Below, in pieces: positions 16,946 to 26,418 of a DNA stretch of 26,418 bases (positions are counted from its first letter, which is position 1; the number at the start of each line of letters is the position of its first letter). A program made the translations under genes and the position numbers. The notes under the pieces were generated by a model. It had not been told where the DNA came from, made no database searches, and saw only the letters and a program-made list of their open reading frames with translations. The DNA is from Sandaracinaceae bacterium (lineage in GTDB: Bacteria; Myxococcota_A; Polyangia; Polyangiales; Sandaracinaceae): contig JBGAQA010000090.1 of assembly GCA_044220955.1 (NCBI GenBank), forward strand, positions 1 to 26,418, given 5' to 3'.

Positions 16946-17200
16946 ATGGAACGCCCCACCTCGATCCCCGGCCTGGCCCTCCACCTCGTCCGCACGCGCT
17001 GGCAGGCGCTCTCGTCACGCGGCCGGATGCTCACCGTCGCCGTCGGCGCCACCGCACTGCTCGGGGGCGCCTGGGGCGCGCACGCGATGAGCGGCGGCTG
17101 CTGCGCGAGCCACTGCGCGAGCGGCGGTTGTCCGATGCAGCACCACGCGGCGCAGGCGGACGAGGGCGGCGAGGGCGGCTGTCCCTTCCACCGGCACTGA
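16946..17200 (+). CDS. Small Cys/His-rich membrane-anchored protein with two GGCP motifs (84 aa)
   Basis: MERPTSIPG... one hydrophobic helix, then GGCCASHCASGGCPMQHH...GGCPFHRH. GC3-rich codon usage like neighbouring genes. Confidence 0.65.
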   Translation: MERPTSIPGLALHLVRTRWQALSSRGRMLTVAVGATALLGGAWGAHAMSGGCCASHCASGGCPMQHHAAQADEGGEGGCPFHRH

Positions 17201-17263
17201 TCCCAGCACGCGGGGCGCGCTCCGGGTCGAGCGCGGCGCGCCGGCGCGAGACCGTCGTCACCG

Positions 17264-18175
17264 TCACCCGACGACGACGCGATTGCGGCCCTGCTCCTTG
17301 GCCTTGTAGAGCGCACCGTCGGCAGTCGCGAGCAACGCCGCGACGTCCTCGAAGTCGCGCTCCGGGCCGAGCGTCGCGACTCCGATGCTGACGGTGAACG
17401 CGATCTTCTCGTCCTCGTGCGCGACCTCGAGCGCTTGTACGCCGGCCCGGATGCGCTCGGCGAGCCCGGCGACCTGCGCGGCGGTGCTGCCGCGGATCAC
17501 GAGGACGAACTCCTCGCCGCCGTAGCGCGCGACGACGTCCTCGCCGCGCACCGAGGCCATCAGCAGCTTGCCGAGCGCGACGAGCACCGCGTCCCCGCCC
17601 GCGTGGCCGTGGGTGTCGTTGACCTTCTTGAAGTGATCGGCGTCGACGAAGAGCACCGAGAGCGGCGAGCCGTTGCGCCGCGCGTAGCTGAGCTCGGCCT
17701 GGATGCGCTCGTCGAGGAAGTGACGGTTGTAGGTCCCCGTGAGCTTGTCGCGCACGGTGGCCTCGTAGAGGCGCTTCTGCTCCTCGATCACGGCGTCGTC
17801 CTGCAGCTCGAAGCGCACGACCGTGTCCTTGCCGAGCTGGATGCGCGCGCCCGGCTCGAGGAAGCAGGGCTCGGTCAGCCTCTTGCCGTCGACGAACGTG
17901 CCGTTCGTGCTCTTCAGATCCTCGATCGCGTACTTGCCGGCGAGGCGGAAGAAGCGCGCGTGGCGTCGCGAGAGCGAGTCGTCGTCGATCGTGTGCGAAG
18001 CCTCCGAGGTCCGGCCGACCACGAAGTCCTGTCCCTCGCCGATCACGATCATCCCCCCGGGGCGCGGTCCCGACAGGAGCACCAGCACGCCTCGCCGCGC
18101 GCTCTTCTCACCCTGCGTCGGCGCGGGCGTGACGGCCACTTGCATCGTCGCTTGAGGGGGGCGGTTGGGCTTCAT
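17264..18175 (-). CDS. FHA-domain diguanylate cyclase (FHA-GGDEF)
   Basis: FHA residues VGR, SRRH, STNGT. GGDEF domain D.LTG.YNR, DADHFKKVND.HGH..GD, RGED (RxxD I-site) and RYGGEEF. Confidence 0.95.
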   Translation of the reverse strand: MKPNRPPQATMQVAVTPAPTQGEKSARRGVLVLLSGPRPGGMIVIGEGQDFVVGRTSEASHTIDDDSLSRRHARFFRLAGKYAIEDLKSTNGTFVDGKRLTEPCFLEPGARIQLGKDTVVRFELQDDAVIEEQKRLYEATVRDKLTGTYNRHFLDERIQAELSYARRNGSPLSVLFVDADHFKKVNDTHGHAGGDAVLVALGKLLMASVRGEDVVARYGGEEFVLVIRGSTAAQVAGLAERIRAGVQALEVAHEDEKIAFTVSIGVATLGPERDFEDVAALLATADGALYKAKEQGRNRVVVG

Positions 18176-18274
18176 GGACGTCTCTGACGCTACCCAACTG
18201 GGCGCCGAGTTGCCACTCCGAAGCGGTCGGCGAGCACGCCGGGGACCGCGTCCGCTTCCGGCGGATCTCGGCCC

Positions 18275-18640
18275 TCAGCCGGGAACGGCGGGCACCTCGT
18301 GCAAGAGGTCCGGATCGCCACGCGCGAGCGTGATCGCGAGCGTGCCCTCGACCTCGGCCGGGCTCTGCTCGCTCGCCGCGCGCTCGAGGGCGGCGAGGCT
18401 CTCGGGGTCGAGCTCCACGCCGGCCCGCGCGATCTCCGCCGCGAGACGTCCGAGCGCCTCGCGCGCGATCTCGAACGTCAACACGGTGTGGACGCCGGCG
18501 AAGAAGTGAACGTCGACGATCGATGCGCGCGCCTCCCCGAACGCGTCGTCCACGCGGGCGATCGTCGCGTGGGGGTCGCCGCGTCCGATTCCTCTCAGAC
18601 GGAGGCCACGGGCCGCGCGATCGAGAAAAGCCCAGGTCAT
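18275..18640 (-). CDS. Hypothetical protein (possibly ACT-like fold)
   Basis: About 121 aa with normal composition, alternating beta/alpha pattern and C-terminal GDPDLLHEVPAVPG. Fills the gap between two real genes. Confidence 0.6.
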   Translation of the reverse strand: MTWAFLDRAARGLRLRGIGRGDPHATIARVDDAFGEARASIVDVHFFAGVHTVLTFEIAREALGRLAAEIARAGVELDPESLAALERAASEQSPAEVEGTLAITLARGDPDLLHEVPAVPG

Positions 18641-18719
18641 GACCACAACTTCGGCACGGACCCGGGTCGCGCAAGGGCGTGGTGGTAGGCTCTCGAGCGC
18701 ACACAGAGGGAGGCGATCG

Positions 18720-19849
<1,130 letters not shown>

Positions 19850-19853
<4 letters not shown>

Positions 19854-20458
19854 GGGCTCCGTTCGCCTTCGACTACGGTGGGGTCCGCCGCTGGGTGAAG
19901 GAGAGCGGGCTCGACGCGGTGACGATCGAAGAGACGGGTCGCGTGGTGTTCGCCACGTTCGACACCAACCCTGCCGTCGCCGCTGGTGTGGTCTTCGCCG
20001 AGGCGTCCTTCGACGAGGTCGCGGACGGCGCGGTGCGCGTCGCGCCGGAGCTGTGGAGCGACGCCGCCGCGCGCCTGCGCGCGGTGCGCCGGCCCGGGAC
20101 CACTTCGTGTCTCGTCGTCTGCACGGCCCGCCTCGGTGCTCGCTCGCGCGTGGTGCCGTGGGAGTGGACGGTCGACGGCGAGCGCGTGAGCGCGCCCCAC
20201 GTTCCCGGCCCCGCGTACGCCGGCACGATCGACGAGCGGCCGCCTCTCGCCGAGGGCGTGCCCTTCGTGATCGCCGTGCGTCCCGGCGCGCGTCGCCTCG
20301 CCGGAATGGTCCGCGTCCATCCCGACGGGGCGCCTGCGACGGACATCGCGTTCGAGCTCGGCGTCGAGGTGGCCGAGGGACGCGCGATCGACGTGCTCCT
20401 GACGCGCGATCCGCGCGCACCTGGCGCACTCGTGGCCCGGCTCGCCGCCCCCGCGTAG
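19850..20458 (+). CDS. Hypothetical protein
   Basis: ATG at 19850 overlaps the upstream stop (ATGA). About 202 aa, no recognised motif. Confidence 0.55.
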
Positions 20459-20470
20459 TACGCTCGGCCC

Positions 20471-21868
20471 GTGCACGTCCGCCCGACCCACGCGATCCCC
20501 GGCTTCGTCACCGCCGTCGTCGTCGTCGCGGCGTGTGCGACGCCCGTGCCGAGCGGGACCTGTACGCGCAGCACCGACTGCGCGGCCGGGCTCGCCTGCG
20601 TCGACGGCCGCTGTGCGGTGATCCCGGACGCGAGCGTGGACGCGTTCGTCGCCCCGGACGCGGTGTGCGCCTGCACGGCGGGCGAGACGTGTGCATCCGG
20701 GCACTGCGTCGCCGACTGCGGCGACCCGCGCGCCGTCCGCTGCGGCTCGGGGACCGAGTGCGACTACGCCACGGGACGCTGCGGCCCCACGGGCACGGCC
20801 GCGCTCACGGGACCGGGTGTTCGCTGCGGGGGCGCGGCCGGGCCGCTCTGCCTGCCCGGGACCGAGTGCACGCTCGCGGGTGCGTGCGAGCCGGCGCCGC
20901 CGTGCGGCTCGATGCACTGCGTGTCCGGCGACGGTACGTGCTGGGGTGCGAGCTGCCTTCCCTCGCGTCCGGTCGCGTCGTGCAGTCCCGCGCCGCTCGC
21001 CCGGATGCAGATGCCCGACTTCCTGCTCGGCGGCGACAACGGGATCACCGACCTCGAGCTCGACGACGCGTGCAACGCGTACGGCGTGACCGTCATCTCG
21101 GGCCCCGACTACCTGCGGCAGCTCGCGCCCGACGGGACGCTGACCGTCACGACCGGCGTCACCAACCTCAACATGGGGGAGGTGGCGGTGCTGCGGCCCT
21201 ACGACGGCGAGTTCGGCAGCTCGCCCGGCGAGGTCGCGCTCACCTACACCTGCTGCGTCACGTGCGGCTGCATCGGCGCCGACCCGCAGGGCGTCGCGCA
21301 CCTCGATCGCACGGCGAGCACGCTGCCGATGGTCGTCACCGCCATGCCCTCGACCGGCACCGGCCCCTTCGGCGTGAGCGTGCTCGACTCCGGGCCCTAC
21401 GGCCTGGCGTGGGGGCGTGACCGGACGCTCTACGTCGGCAACGTCGAGCACGAGGGGGACTTCGTGCGCGCCGATCTCGCCGCCGGCACGAGCGCGAGGA
21501 TCGCCGACCTGGGCAGTCGCGTCTACGCGACCGCGACCTTCGACGCGGCCTCGCTCCTGGTCGCGCTGGCCGACGGGACGATCGAGCGCGTGTCGACCGA
21601 TGGCGTCCACGTCTCGTCCTGGGCGACGCTCACGCCCGTCGCGACGAGCCTGGTCCGCGACCCCTTCCTCGGCGTCGTGTACGTGTCACTCGCGGATGGC
21701 TCCGTCGTGACGTACGCCGCCGACGGGACGGCCGGGGCGACGCTCGCGCCCGCCGGCGCCGCGGGTCGCGTCGCGTACTCGCCCGACGGCGCCCTCTACT
21801 ACCTCCGCACCGGCTTCGGGCACGGCGTCACGCTCGAGCGGATCGACCTGCCCACGACCCTGCCGTGA
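20471..21868 (+). CDS. Cys-rich lipoprotein with C-terminal beta-propeller (SMP-30/NHL-like)
   Basis: Lipobox VVAAC and a Cys-rich N-terminal third. Blade motifs GITDLELDDACNAY, GPYGLAWGRDRTLYV, GRVAYSPDGALYY. Confidence 0.78.
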   Translation: MHVRPTHAIPGFVTAVVVVAACATPVPSGTCTRSTDCAAGLACVDGRCAVIPDASVDAFVAPDAVCACTAGETCASGHCVADCGDPRAVRCGSGTECDYATGRCGPTGTAALTGPGVRCGGAAGPLCLPGTECTLAGACEPAPPCGSMHCVSGDGTCWGASCLPSRPVASCSPAPLARMQMPDFLLGGDNGITDLELDDACNAYGVTVISGPDYLRQLAPDGTLTVTTGVTNLNMGEVAVLRPYDGEFGSSPGEVALTYTCCVTCGCIGADPQGVAHLDRTASTLPMVVTAMPSTGTGPFGVSVLDSGPYGLAWGRDRTLYVGNVEHEGDFVRADLAAGTSARIADLGSRVYATATFDAASLLVALADGTIERVSTDGVHVSSWATLTPVATSLVRDPFLGVVYVSLADGSVVTYAADGTAGATLAPAGAAGRVAYSPDGALYYLRTGFGHGVTLERIDLPTTLP

Positions 21869-21885
21869 CGCGCTAGACCTCGGCC

Positions 21886-22722
21886 GTGTCGTCCCGCGGT
21901 GCACGCTTCGGCTCTCCCCGGTGGACCCGCATCGTCCTGATGGGCGCGCTCTTCGCGCTCTTCTTCTTCGGCAGCCCGATCCTCGCGCTCACGCTCTTCC
22001 CCGCGCTGAGGCTCGCGTCGCGCACGCGCGAGACGTACCGGCGGCGCTGCACGACGCTGCTCGCGCACGGGATCCACCTGATCCTCTGGACCGCGCGCTT
22101 CGTCGGCGTCGTGGACTACGAGCTCTCGCCGCTCCCGCCCGGCATCGATCCGGGCAAGCCCTACGTGATGATCTCGAACCACCCGACCTTCGTCGACATG
22201 ATCGTGGTGATGGGCGCATTCCGGGAGCTGACCTGTGTCACGCAGGGCAGCTGGTCGCGACACTGGGCACTCGGCCGCCTCTTGCGCTCCACGAATTACC
22301 TGCCTGGTCCGGGGAGCGGGCTGCCCGAGAGCGAGCAGATGCTCGACTCGATGGTCGCGCACCTCCGCGCGGGGTTCCCGCTCCTGGTGTTCCCCGAGGG
22401 CCATCGCTCGATGACGGAGCGCTTGCTGCGCTTCCGGCGCGGCGCCGTGGAGGCGGCGACGCGCGCCGGCGTGCCCATCGTGCCCTTGTTCCTGGCTCTC
22501 GACCGGCCCTACCTCACGAAGGACGTCCCGCTCACGCGCCCGCCGCGTGTCGCGCCGAGGTACACGTTCGAGTGGTTCGACGTCGTCCAGCCCGGCGCAC
22601 TCGGCGGCGACGCGAAGAAGATCCACGATCACCTCGTCGCGCAGTACGAGGCGCGCTTCGAGCGGCAGCGCCTCGCCTACGAGGCGCTCGATCCGAGTCA
22701 GGGCGCGCGCCAGAAGTCGTAG
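21886..22722 (+). CDS. Lysophospholipid (PlsC-like) acyltransferase
   Basis: NHPTFVD (HxxxxD) and VFPEG motifs, FRRGA, N-terminal membrane helix. Confidence 0.9.
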   Translation: MSSRGARFGSPRWTRIVLMGALFALFFFGSPILALTLFPALRLASRTRETYRRRCTTLLAHGIHLILWTARFVGVVDYELSPLPPGIDPGKPYVMISNHPTFVDMIVVMGAFRELTCVTQGSWSRHWALGRLLRSTNYLPGPGSGLPESEQMLDSMVAHLRAGFPLLVFPEGHRSMTERLLRFRRGAVEAATRAGVPIVPLFLALDRPYLTKDVPLTRPPRVAPRYTFEWFDVVQPGALGGDAKKIHDHLVAQYEARFERQRLAYEALDPSQGARQKS

Positions 22723-23642
22723 AAGTTGAACCAGTTGTCCGGCGCCATGCGCGCGTAGTGCTCGAGGCGCTCCGCGTAGCGAGACACGTAGCGCGCGAGC
22801 GCGGCCTTGCGGTCGCCGCGCGGCAGCTCGATCCGATCGGCGAAGGGCTCGCAGAAGAGGTCGTAGCGATTGCGACCCCGGCTCAGGCCGAACGTCAGGT
22901 AGACGGGCGCCTTCAGCATCGAAGCGATGAGGAGCGGCCCAGCGGGGAAGGGCGCCTCGGCCCCGAGGAAGGGCACGCTCACGACCCGCTCGGCAGACGC
23001 CTTCGCGGGGATGCGATCGCCCAGGATCGCCACGATCGCGCCCTGCTCGAGGAGCTCCCGGATCCGCAGCATCGAGTCGAGGCTTCCCTCGGCGTCGAGC
23101 TCGACCAGGTGCGCCGAGCCGTCCGGGTCGAGCTTCTCGAGCGCGTCGTTCAGCATCCGCGCGTTCTTCGTGAACACGAGCGCATAGAGCGGCACCCGCT
23201 CGGTCGCGCTCTGGCCGCGCATCGCGTAGAAGCTTCCGAGGTGGGCGCCGAGCAGGATCGCCCCCTTCTTGCCGTCGCGCAGCGCGCGTACGTGATGGTC
23301 GCCGGTGCAGGTGATCTCGAAGCTCGAGAGCTTCCCCTGCACGAAGAAGAAGGCATCGAGCGTGCAGTGCACGAATCGCAGGAGGTGCCGGTACACGGCG
23401 AAGAACGAGAGCGGCGGAGCCGAGGGGTCCAGGCGCGCGCGGAAGCCCCGGATCGCGCGCCGCGCCTGGGGCGCGGTCAGCGTGAAGTAGAAGGCGACGA
23501 AGAGCGCGACGAAGCGGCCGACGGCGCGGCCGAAGACGGTCACGAGGAGCACCGTCGCGCGGATCGCCAGCACGCCGCCCCGCTCGCGGGCGTCGAGCCA
23601 CCCCTCTGGCTTCTTCTCCGCGCCCGTCGACGGAGTGCTCAT
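22698..23642 (-). CDS. LpxL/HtrB-like acyltransferase of the aryl-polyene/flexirubin-cluster type
   Basis: N-terminal W....ERG, GAHLGSF, ILGDR, FLG..APFP.GP and C-terminal PDNWFNFYDFW. The ATG at 23642 overlaps the stop of the upstream mini-ORF. Convergent 25-nt overlap with the PlsC gene. Confidence 0.85.
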   Translation of the reverse strand: MSTPSTGAEKKPEGWLDARERGGVLAIRATVLLVTVFGRAVGRFVALFVAFYFTLTAPQARRAIRGFRARLDPSAPPLSFFAVYRHLLRFVHCTLDAFFFVQGKLSSFEITCTGDHHVRALRDGKKGAILLGAHLGSFYAMRGQSATERVPLYALVFTKNARMLNDALEKLDPDGSAHLVELDAEGSLDSMLRIRELLEQGAIVAILGDRIPAKASAERVVSVPFLGAEAPFPAGPLLIASMLKAPVYLTFGLSRGRNRYDLFCEPFADRIELPRGDRKAALARYVSRYAERLEHYARMAPDNWFNFYDFWRAP

Positions 23643-23803
23643 GCGCGGAGCCACACCAGGCGCGTGTGCGTCTCGGCCGCGCCGCTCGCGTCGTCGTCGA
23701 CCACCACCTGGGGCCGGATCGCGCGCGCGGCGAGCGCGACGTCCCGGATCGTGCGCGGGTCGTCGTGGAGCGGGATCAGGACGCAGGGCCGGAACGTGGT
23801 CAT
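23639..23803 (-). pseudogene. Internally deleted family-2 glycosyltransferase remnant (54 aa)
   Basis: Manual translation: MTTFRPCVLIPLHDDPRTIRDVALAARAIRPQVVVDDDASGAAETHTRLVWLRA*. The GT2 N-terminal motifs (PCVLIP..., VVVDD.S) join directly to an HTRL C-terminus. No nucleotide-binding core or DxD region. Confidence 0.7.
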
Positions 23804-23859
23804 GGCCGGGGCGCCGGTCTTATCACGACGCTCGGCGCTGGCCCGTCACACGAGCTGGG

Positions 23860-26418
23860 TCATCGCGTCAGGAAGATGGGGTTGGTCACGCCGAAGGGCA
23901 GGCGCCCGGGGTGAACCGGCTCGAGCTCGGCGTCACCCGTGACCGCGACGACGACCCACGTGCGCCCGGTCGCGGCGACGTCCACGTCGATCACGTCGTC
24001 GAAGCGGACGATCGGATCCGATGCCACGATCGGCGCGTCGGTCGTGACCTCGCCGTCGACGAACACACGCAGCCGGTCGACGTCGACCCAGCTGGGCGCC
24101 TGCACGACGACGTGCATCGACGCCGTGGCGCCGACGCCGCTCACGTGATGGCCAGGGCCCTGCCCGCCCACGTCGGCCTTGACGTAGATGCCGCCGCCCA
24201 CGGTGGCGTGACCCGCGGTGACGGCGTCGCGGAGCACGCCTGCGCCCATCGCGCGTAACGCGGCCGGGTCGTCGGTGCCGACGTCCACCCACGTGCGCGG
24301 GTAGCCGACGGGCGAGTCGGTGATGCCGTGCGAGTCGCTCGACCCGACGGCGAACATGTCGCGCCCACCGCTCAGGAACGCGAACCAGTCGCGCACGCTC
24401 GAGTCGAAGTTGTGATCGAACCCGGAGTCGTTGAAGACCTCGATCACCGAGAAGGAGTCGTCCCAGCGGGCGGTGTCGCTCGCGGTGAGCGTCACCGGAT
24501 CGAAGCCGACCTCGTCGAAGTACGCGAAGATCGCCCCCGCGGGGCCGCCTTGCCGCGGGTGGTTCACCACGATCGCGGGACTTCCCCAAGCGCTCGTGCG
24601 CGACGCCACGTCGGCGAACACGTCGTGCGGGTCGCGGAACGCCCAGTCCACCGCCCCGCCGTTCGGGAGCGTGCTCGCCGGCTCCATCGGAAACACGCCG
24701 AAGTGCCCCCACGCGAACGTGGTGAGCTCGAGCGAGCACACGCCGTACACGAAGGGATCGAGGCCGAGAGCATGCACCTCTGGCTCGAAGTCGTTCACCC
24801 ACTCGTGGTCCGAGCGGAGCGGGACCTCGAGCCCCTCGGCCGCCGCGCCGGCCACCTTGCGCGCGCCCGAGTCGGGCGAGTCGGGCGACCGACTCGTGTG
24901 GATGTGGAGGTCCGTGCAGAGGTGGTCGTGCGTGTCGAGCGATCGCACGAGCGTCGCCGCGACCTCGCCCGTGTCCCCGGCGGCGAGCGTCACCCGCTGG
25001 TCGTGGATCTCGTACTCGTAGCCGCGCGATACGACGATCCGGTGCGAGCCCGCCGGGACGCGCAGCGTCGCCTCGCCGGTCGGCTCGAACGCGAGGTGCA
25101 GGCGCCCGCCGGCCTCGAGCCGCTCGCCGAACGAGGCGGGCGGCCGCGCGAGCATCGCCTCCGGGATCACCTGGATGCGGGAGGGCAGGGCGAGGCCGGT
25201 CTCGTCGTACGTCGTCACGTGGAGCGTGGCGAACGCCGGCAGCGCCAGCGCTGCGCTCGCCTCCGTCGCCGCCAGGGCGCGGCCCGTCACGAGGAGCTGG
25301 CCGTCTCGCACGGTCGAGATCGTCATGGCCTCCGCGGGCAGATCGAGCGTCGCGTGGCCGCTCGCGTCCGTTCGCGCGCGCACCCACACGCTCGCGTCGG
25401 CGCGCTGGGCGACGACGTGGACGCCCTGCGCAGGAGCGCCTCCCGCCTCGGTCACGCTCACGTCCACGCCGCGCAGCGTCTGCCCGGCCTCCTCGGCGAG
25501 CGCGCGCCGGAGCGGCGAGAGGCCTGGGCCCGCGATCGTGACGTAGCCGTAGACGTGCTCGGTCCGCGTGCAGCCCTCCGCGTCGAAGGGCTCGGCCGTG
25601 TAGATCCCGGCTCCGCCCGCCTCGATGGTGCGCGCGATCGCTCCGTCGGCGCTGCGCCACGCGTAGCTCGCGCCCTCTTCGTCCTCGAAGAGCAGCGCCG
25701 GTACGCGGGTCGCCGCGCCGGTGTCGAAGCCCACGGGGTCGACGAGCGGCTGCATGCGGCTCGACTGGACGATCACCTGAGCGGGGTGGGCGACGTGGAA
25801 GCGTCCTGGCCGGTCCGGCGCGAGCGTGAAGCGCACCTCGACCGTGCGCGCTCCCGGGGCGAGCGCGTGATCGATCGCCACGCGCAGTCCGTCGTAGCGA
25901 CCGAAGAGGTGCCCGGCGAAATCGGCGAGAAAGGGGATCAACGTCATCGTGCCGATCGAGCGCACGACCGCCTCGCCTCCGTCCGAGCCATCGTGGAGCA
26001 CCGTCACGCTCTCGGTCTCGAGCGTGTAGAGGCCGAGCCCCGGGATGATCTCCTCGAAGTCGGCGGTGTGCACGATGTGGCCGCCCTGCATCAGGCCGAC
26101 GCCGACGAGCTTGCCGCCGAAGGGATCGAAGAGGTCCGAGGGGCCGGCGTCTTCGACGATCGCGGCGACGTGCTCGTTCGCCAGCACGAAGTCGCCGGCG
26201 GCCCACGTCGCGAGGCCCGTCCGGTCGGCGGGCAGCTCGCTCGCGGCGAGGCGGCCAGCGCGCGCCTCGCCGGGCGGGACCGCGAGCGGGCTCGGATGTC
26301 CATCGGGCGCGCCGGCGGGGATCACGACGGCCATCGCGCAGGATGCCGGCGCGTCCGACGCCGCGTCGGCCCCCGCGTCGTCCGCGGCGGCGTCGACCGG
26401 CGGCGGCGCGTCCGGCCC
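23860..26418 (-). CDS. CehA/McbA-family PHP-domain metallohydrolase, probably exported; 5' end beyond the window
   Basis: PHP metal ligands DLHIHT, SDHE, GHFG, NHP, GSSDSH. SRGYEY carboxypeptidase-regulatory-like sandwich. The frame stays open to 26418 through a DAAADDAGADAASDAP linker. Confidence 0.88.
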   Translation of the reverse strand, partial: GPDAPPPVDAAADDAGADAASDAPASCAMAVVIPAGAPDGHPSPLAVPPGEARAGRLAASELPADRTGLATWAAGDFVLANEHVAAIVEDAGPSDLFDPFGGKLVGVGLMQGGHIVHTADFEEIIPGLGLYTLETESVTVLHDGSDGGEAVVRSIGTMTLIPFLADFAGHLFGRYDGLRVAIDHALAPGARTVEVRFTLAPDRPGRFHVAHPAQVIVQSSRMQPLVDPVGFDTGAATRVPALLFEDEEGASYAWRSADGAIARTIEAGGAGIYTAEPFDAEGCTRTEHVYGYVTIAGPGLSPLRRALAEEAGQTLRGVDVSVTEAGGAPAQGVHVVAQRADASVWVRARTDASGHATLDLPAEAMTISTVRDGQLLVTGRALAATEASAALALPAFATLHVTTYDETGLALPSRIQVIPEAMLARPPASFGERLEAGGRLHLAFEPTGEATLRVPAGSHRIVVSRGYEYEIHDQRVTLAAGDTGEVAATLVRSLDTHDHLCTDLHIHTSRSPDSPDSGARKVAGAAAEGLEVPLRSDHEWVNDFEPEVHALGLDPFVYGVCSLELTTFAWGHFGVFPMEPASTLPNGGAVDWAFRDPHDVFADVASRTSAWGSPAIVVNHPRQGGPAGAIFAYFDEVGFDPVTLTASDTARWDDSFSVIEVFNDSGFDHNFDSSVRDWFAFLSGGRDMFAVGSSDSHGITDSPVGYPRTWVDVGTDDPAALRAMGAGVLRDAVTAGHATVGGGIYVKADVGGQGPGHHVSGVGATASMHVVVQAPSWVDVDRLRVFVDGEVTTDAPIVASDPIVRFDDVIDVDVAATGRTWVVVAVTGDAELEPVHPGRLPFGVTNPIFLTR

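Noticed and set aside
17253..17276. Inverted repeat CGTCGTC/GACGACG between convergent genes as an intrinsic terminator
   Set aside because: Only 7 bp, half inside Val codons of the cyclase gene, and no U-tract.
18652..18670. CGGCACG as a second sigma54 promoter upstream of 18720
   Set aside because: No GC at the required N10 spacing.

Overview
High-GC (roughly 70-75% by eye) bacterial DNA whose gene content points to a myxobacterium, probably Polyangiales/Sandaracinus-like (inference). Indicators are a Hanks-type Ser/Thr kinase, many Cys-rich lipoproteins with Asp-Ala-Gly linkers, a DUF1592/DUF1552 pair and an FHA-GGDEF protein. There are about 23 genes, and I saw no mobile element, CRISPR array, rRNA or tRNA. 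Most long ORFs in the supplied track are GC-rich shadow frames. The main candidate for an undescribed system is a translationally coupled three-lipoprotein operon (3219-7665) behind a sigma54-like promoter with two GGGG-N8-CCCC boxes. Its central gene fuses a GH25 muramidase, an M23 peptidase, an Ig-like domain and a 38-Cys tail that contains three tandem knottin-framework modules. Other notable items are two TetR modules with readable operators and an internally deleted GT2 gene (absent from the ORF track) coupled to aryl-polyene-type acyltransferases. There is also a small Cys/His protein with CP motifs after the DUF1592-DUF1552 pair, a DgcB-like FHA-GGDEF cyclase and a structured 116-bp intergenic element. 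All family calls come from motif recognition by eye; no database searches were run.
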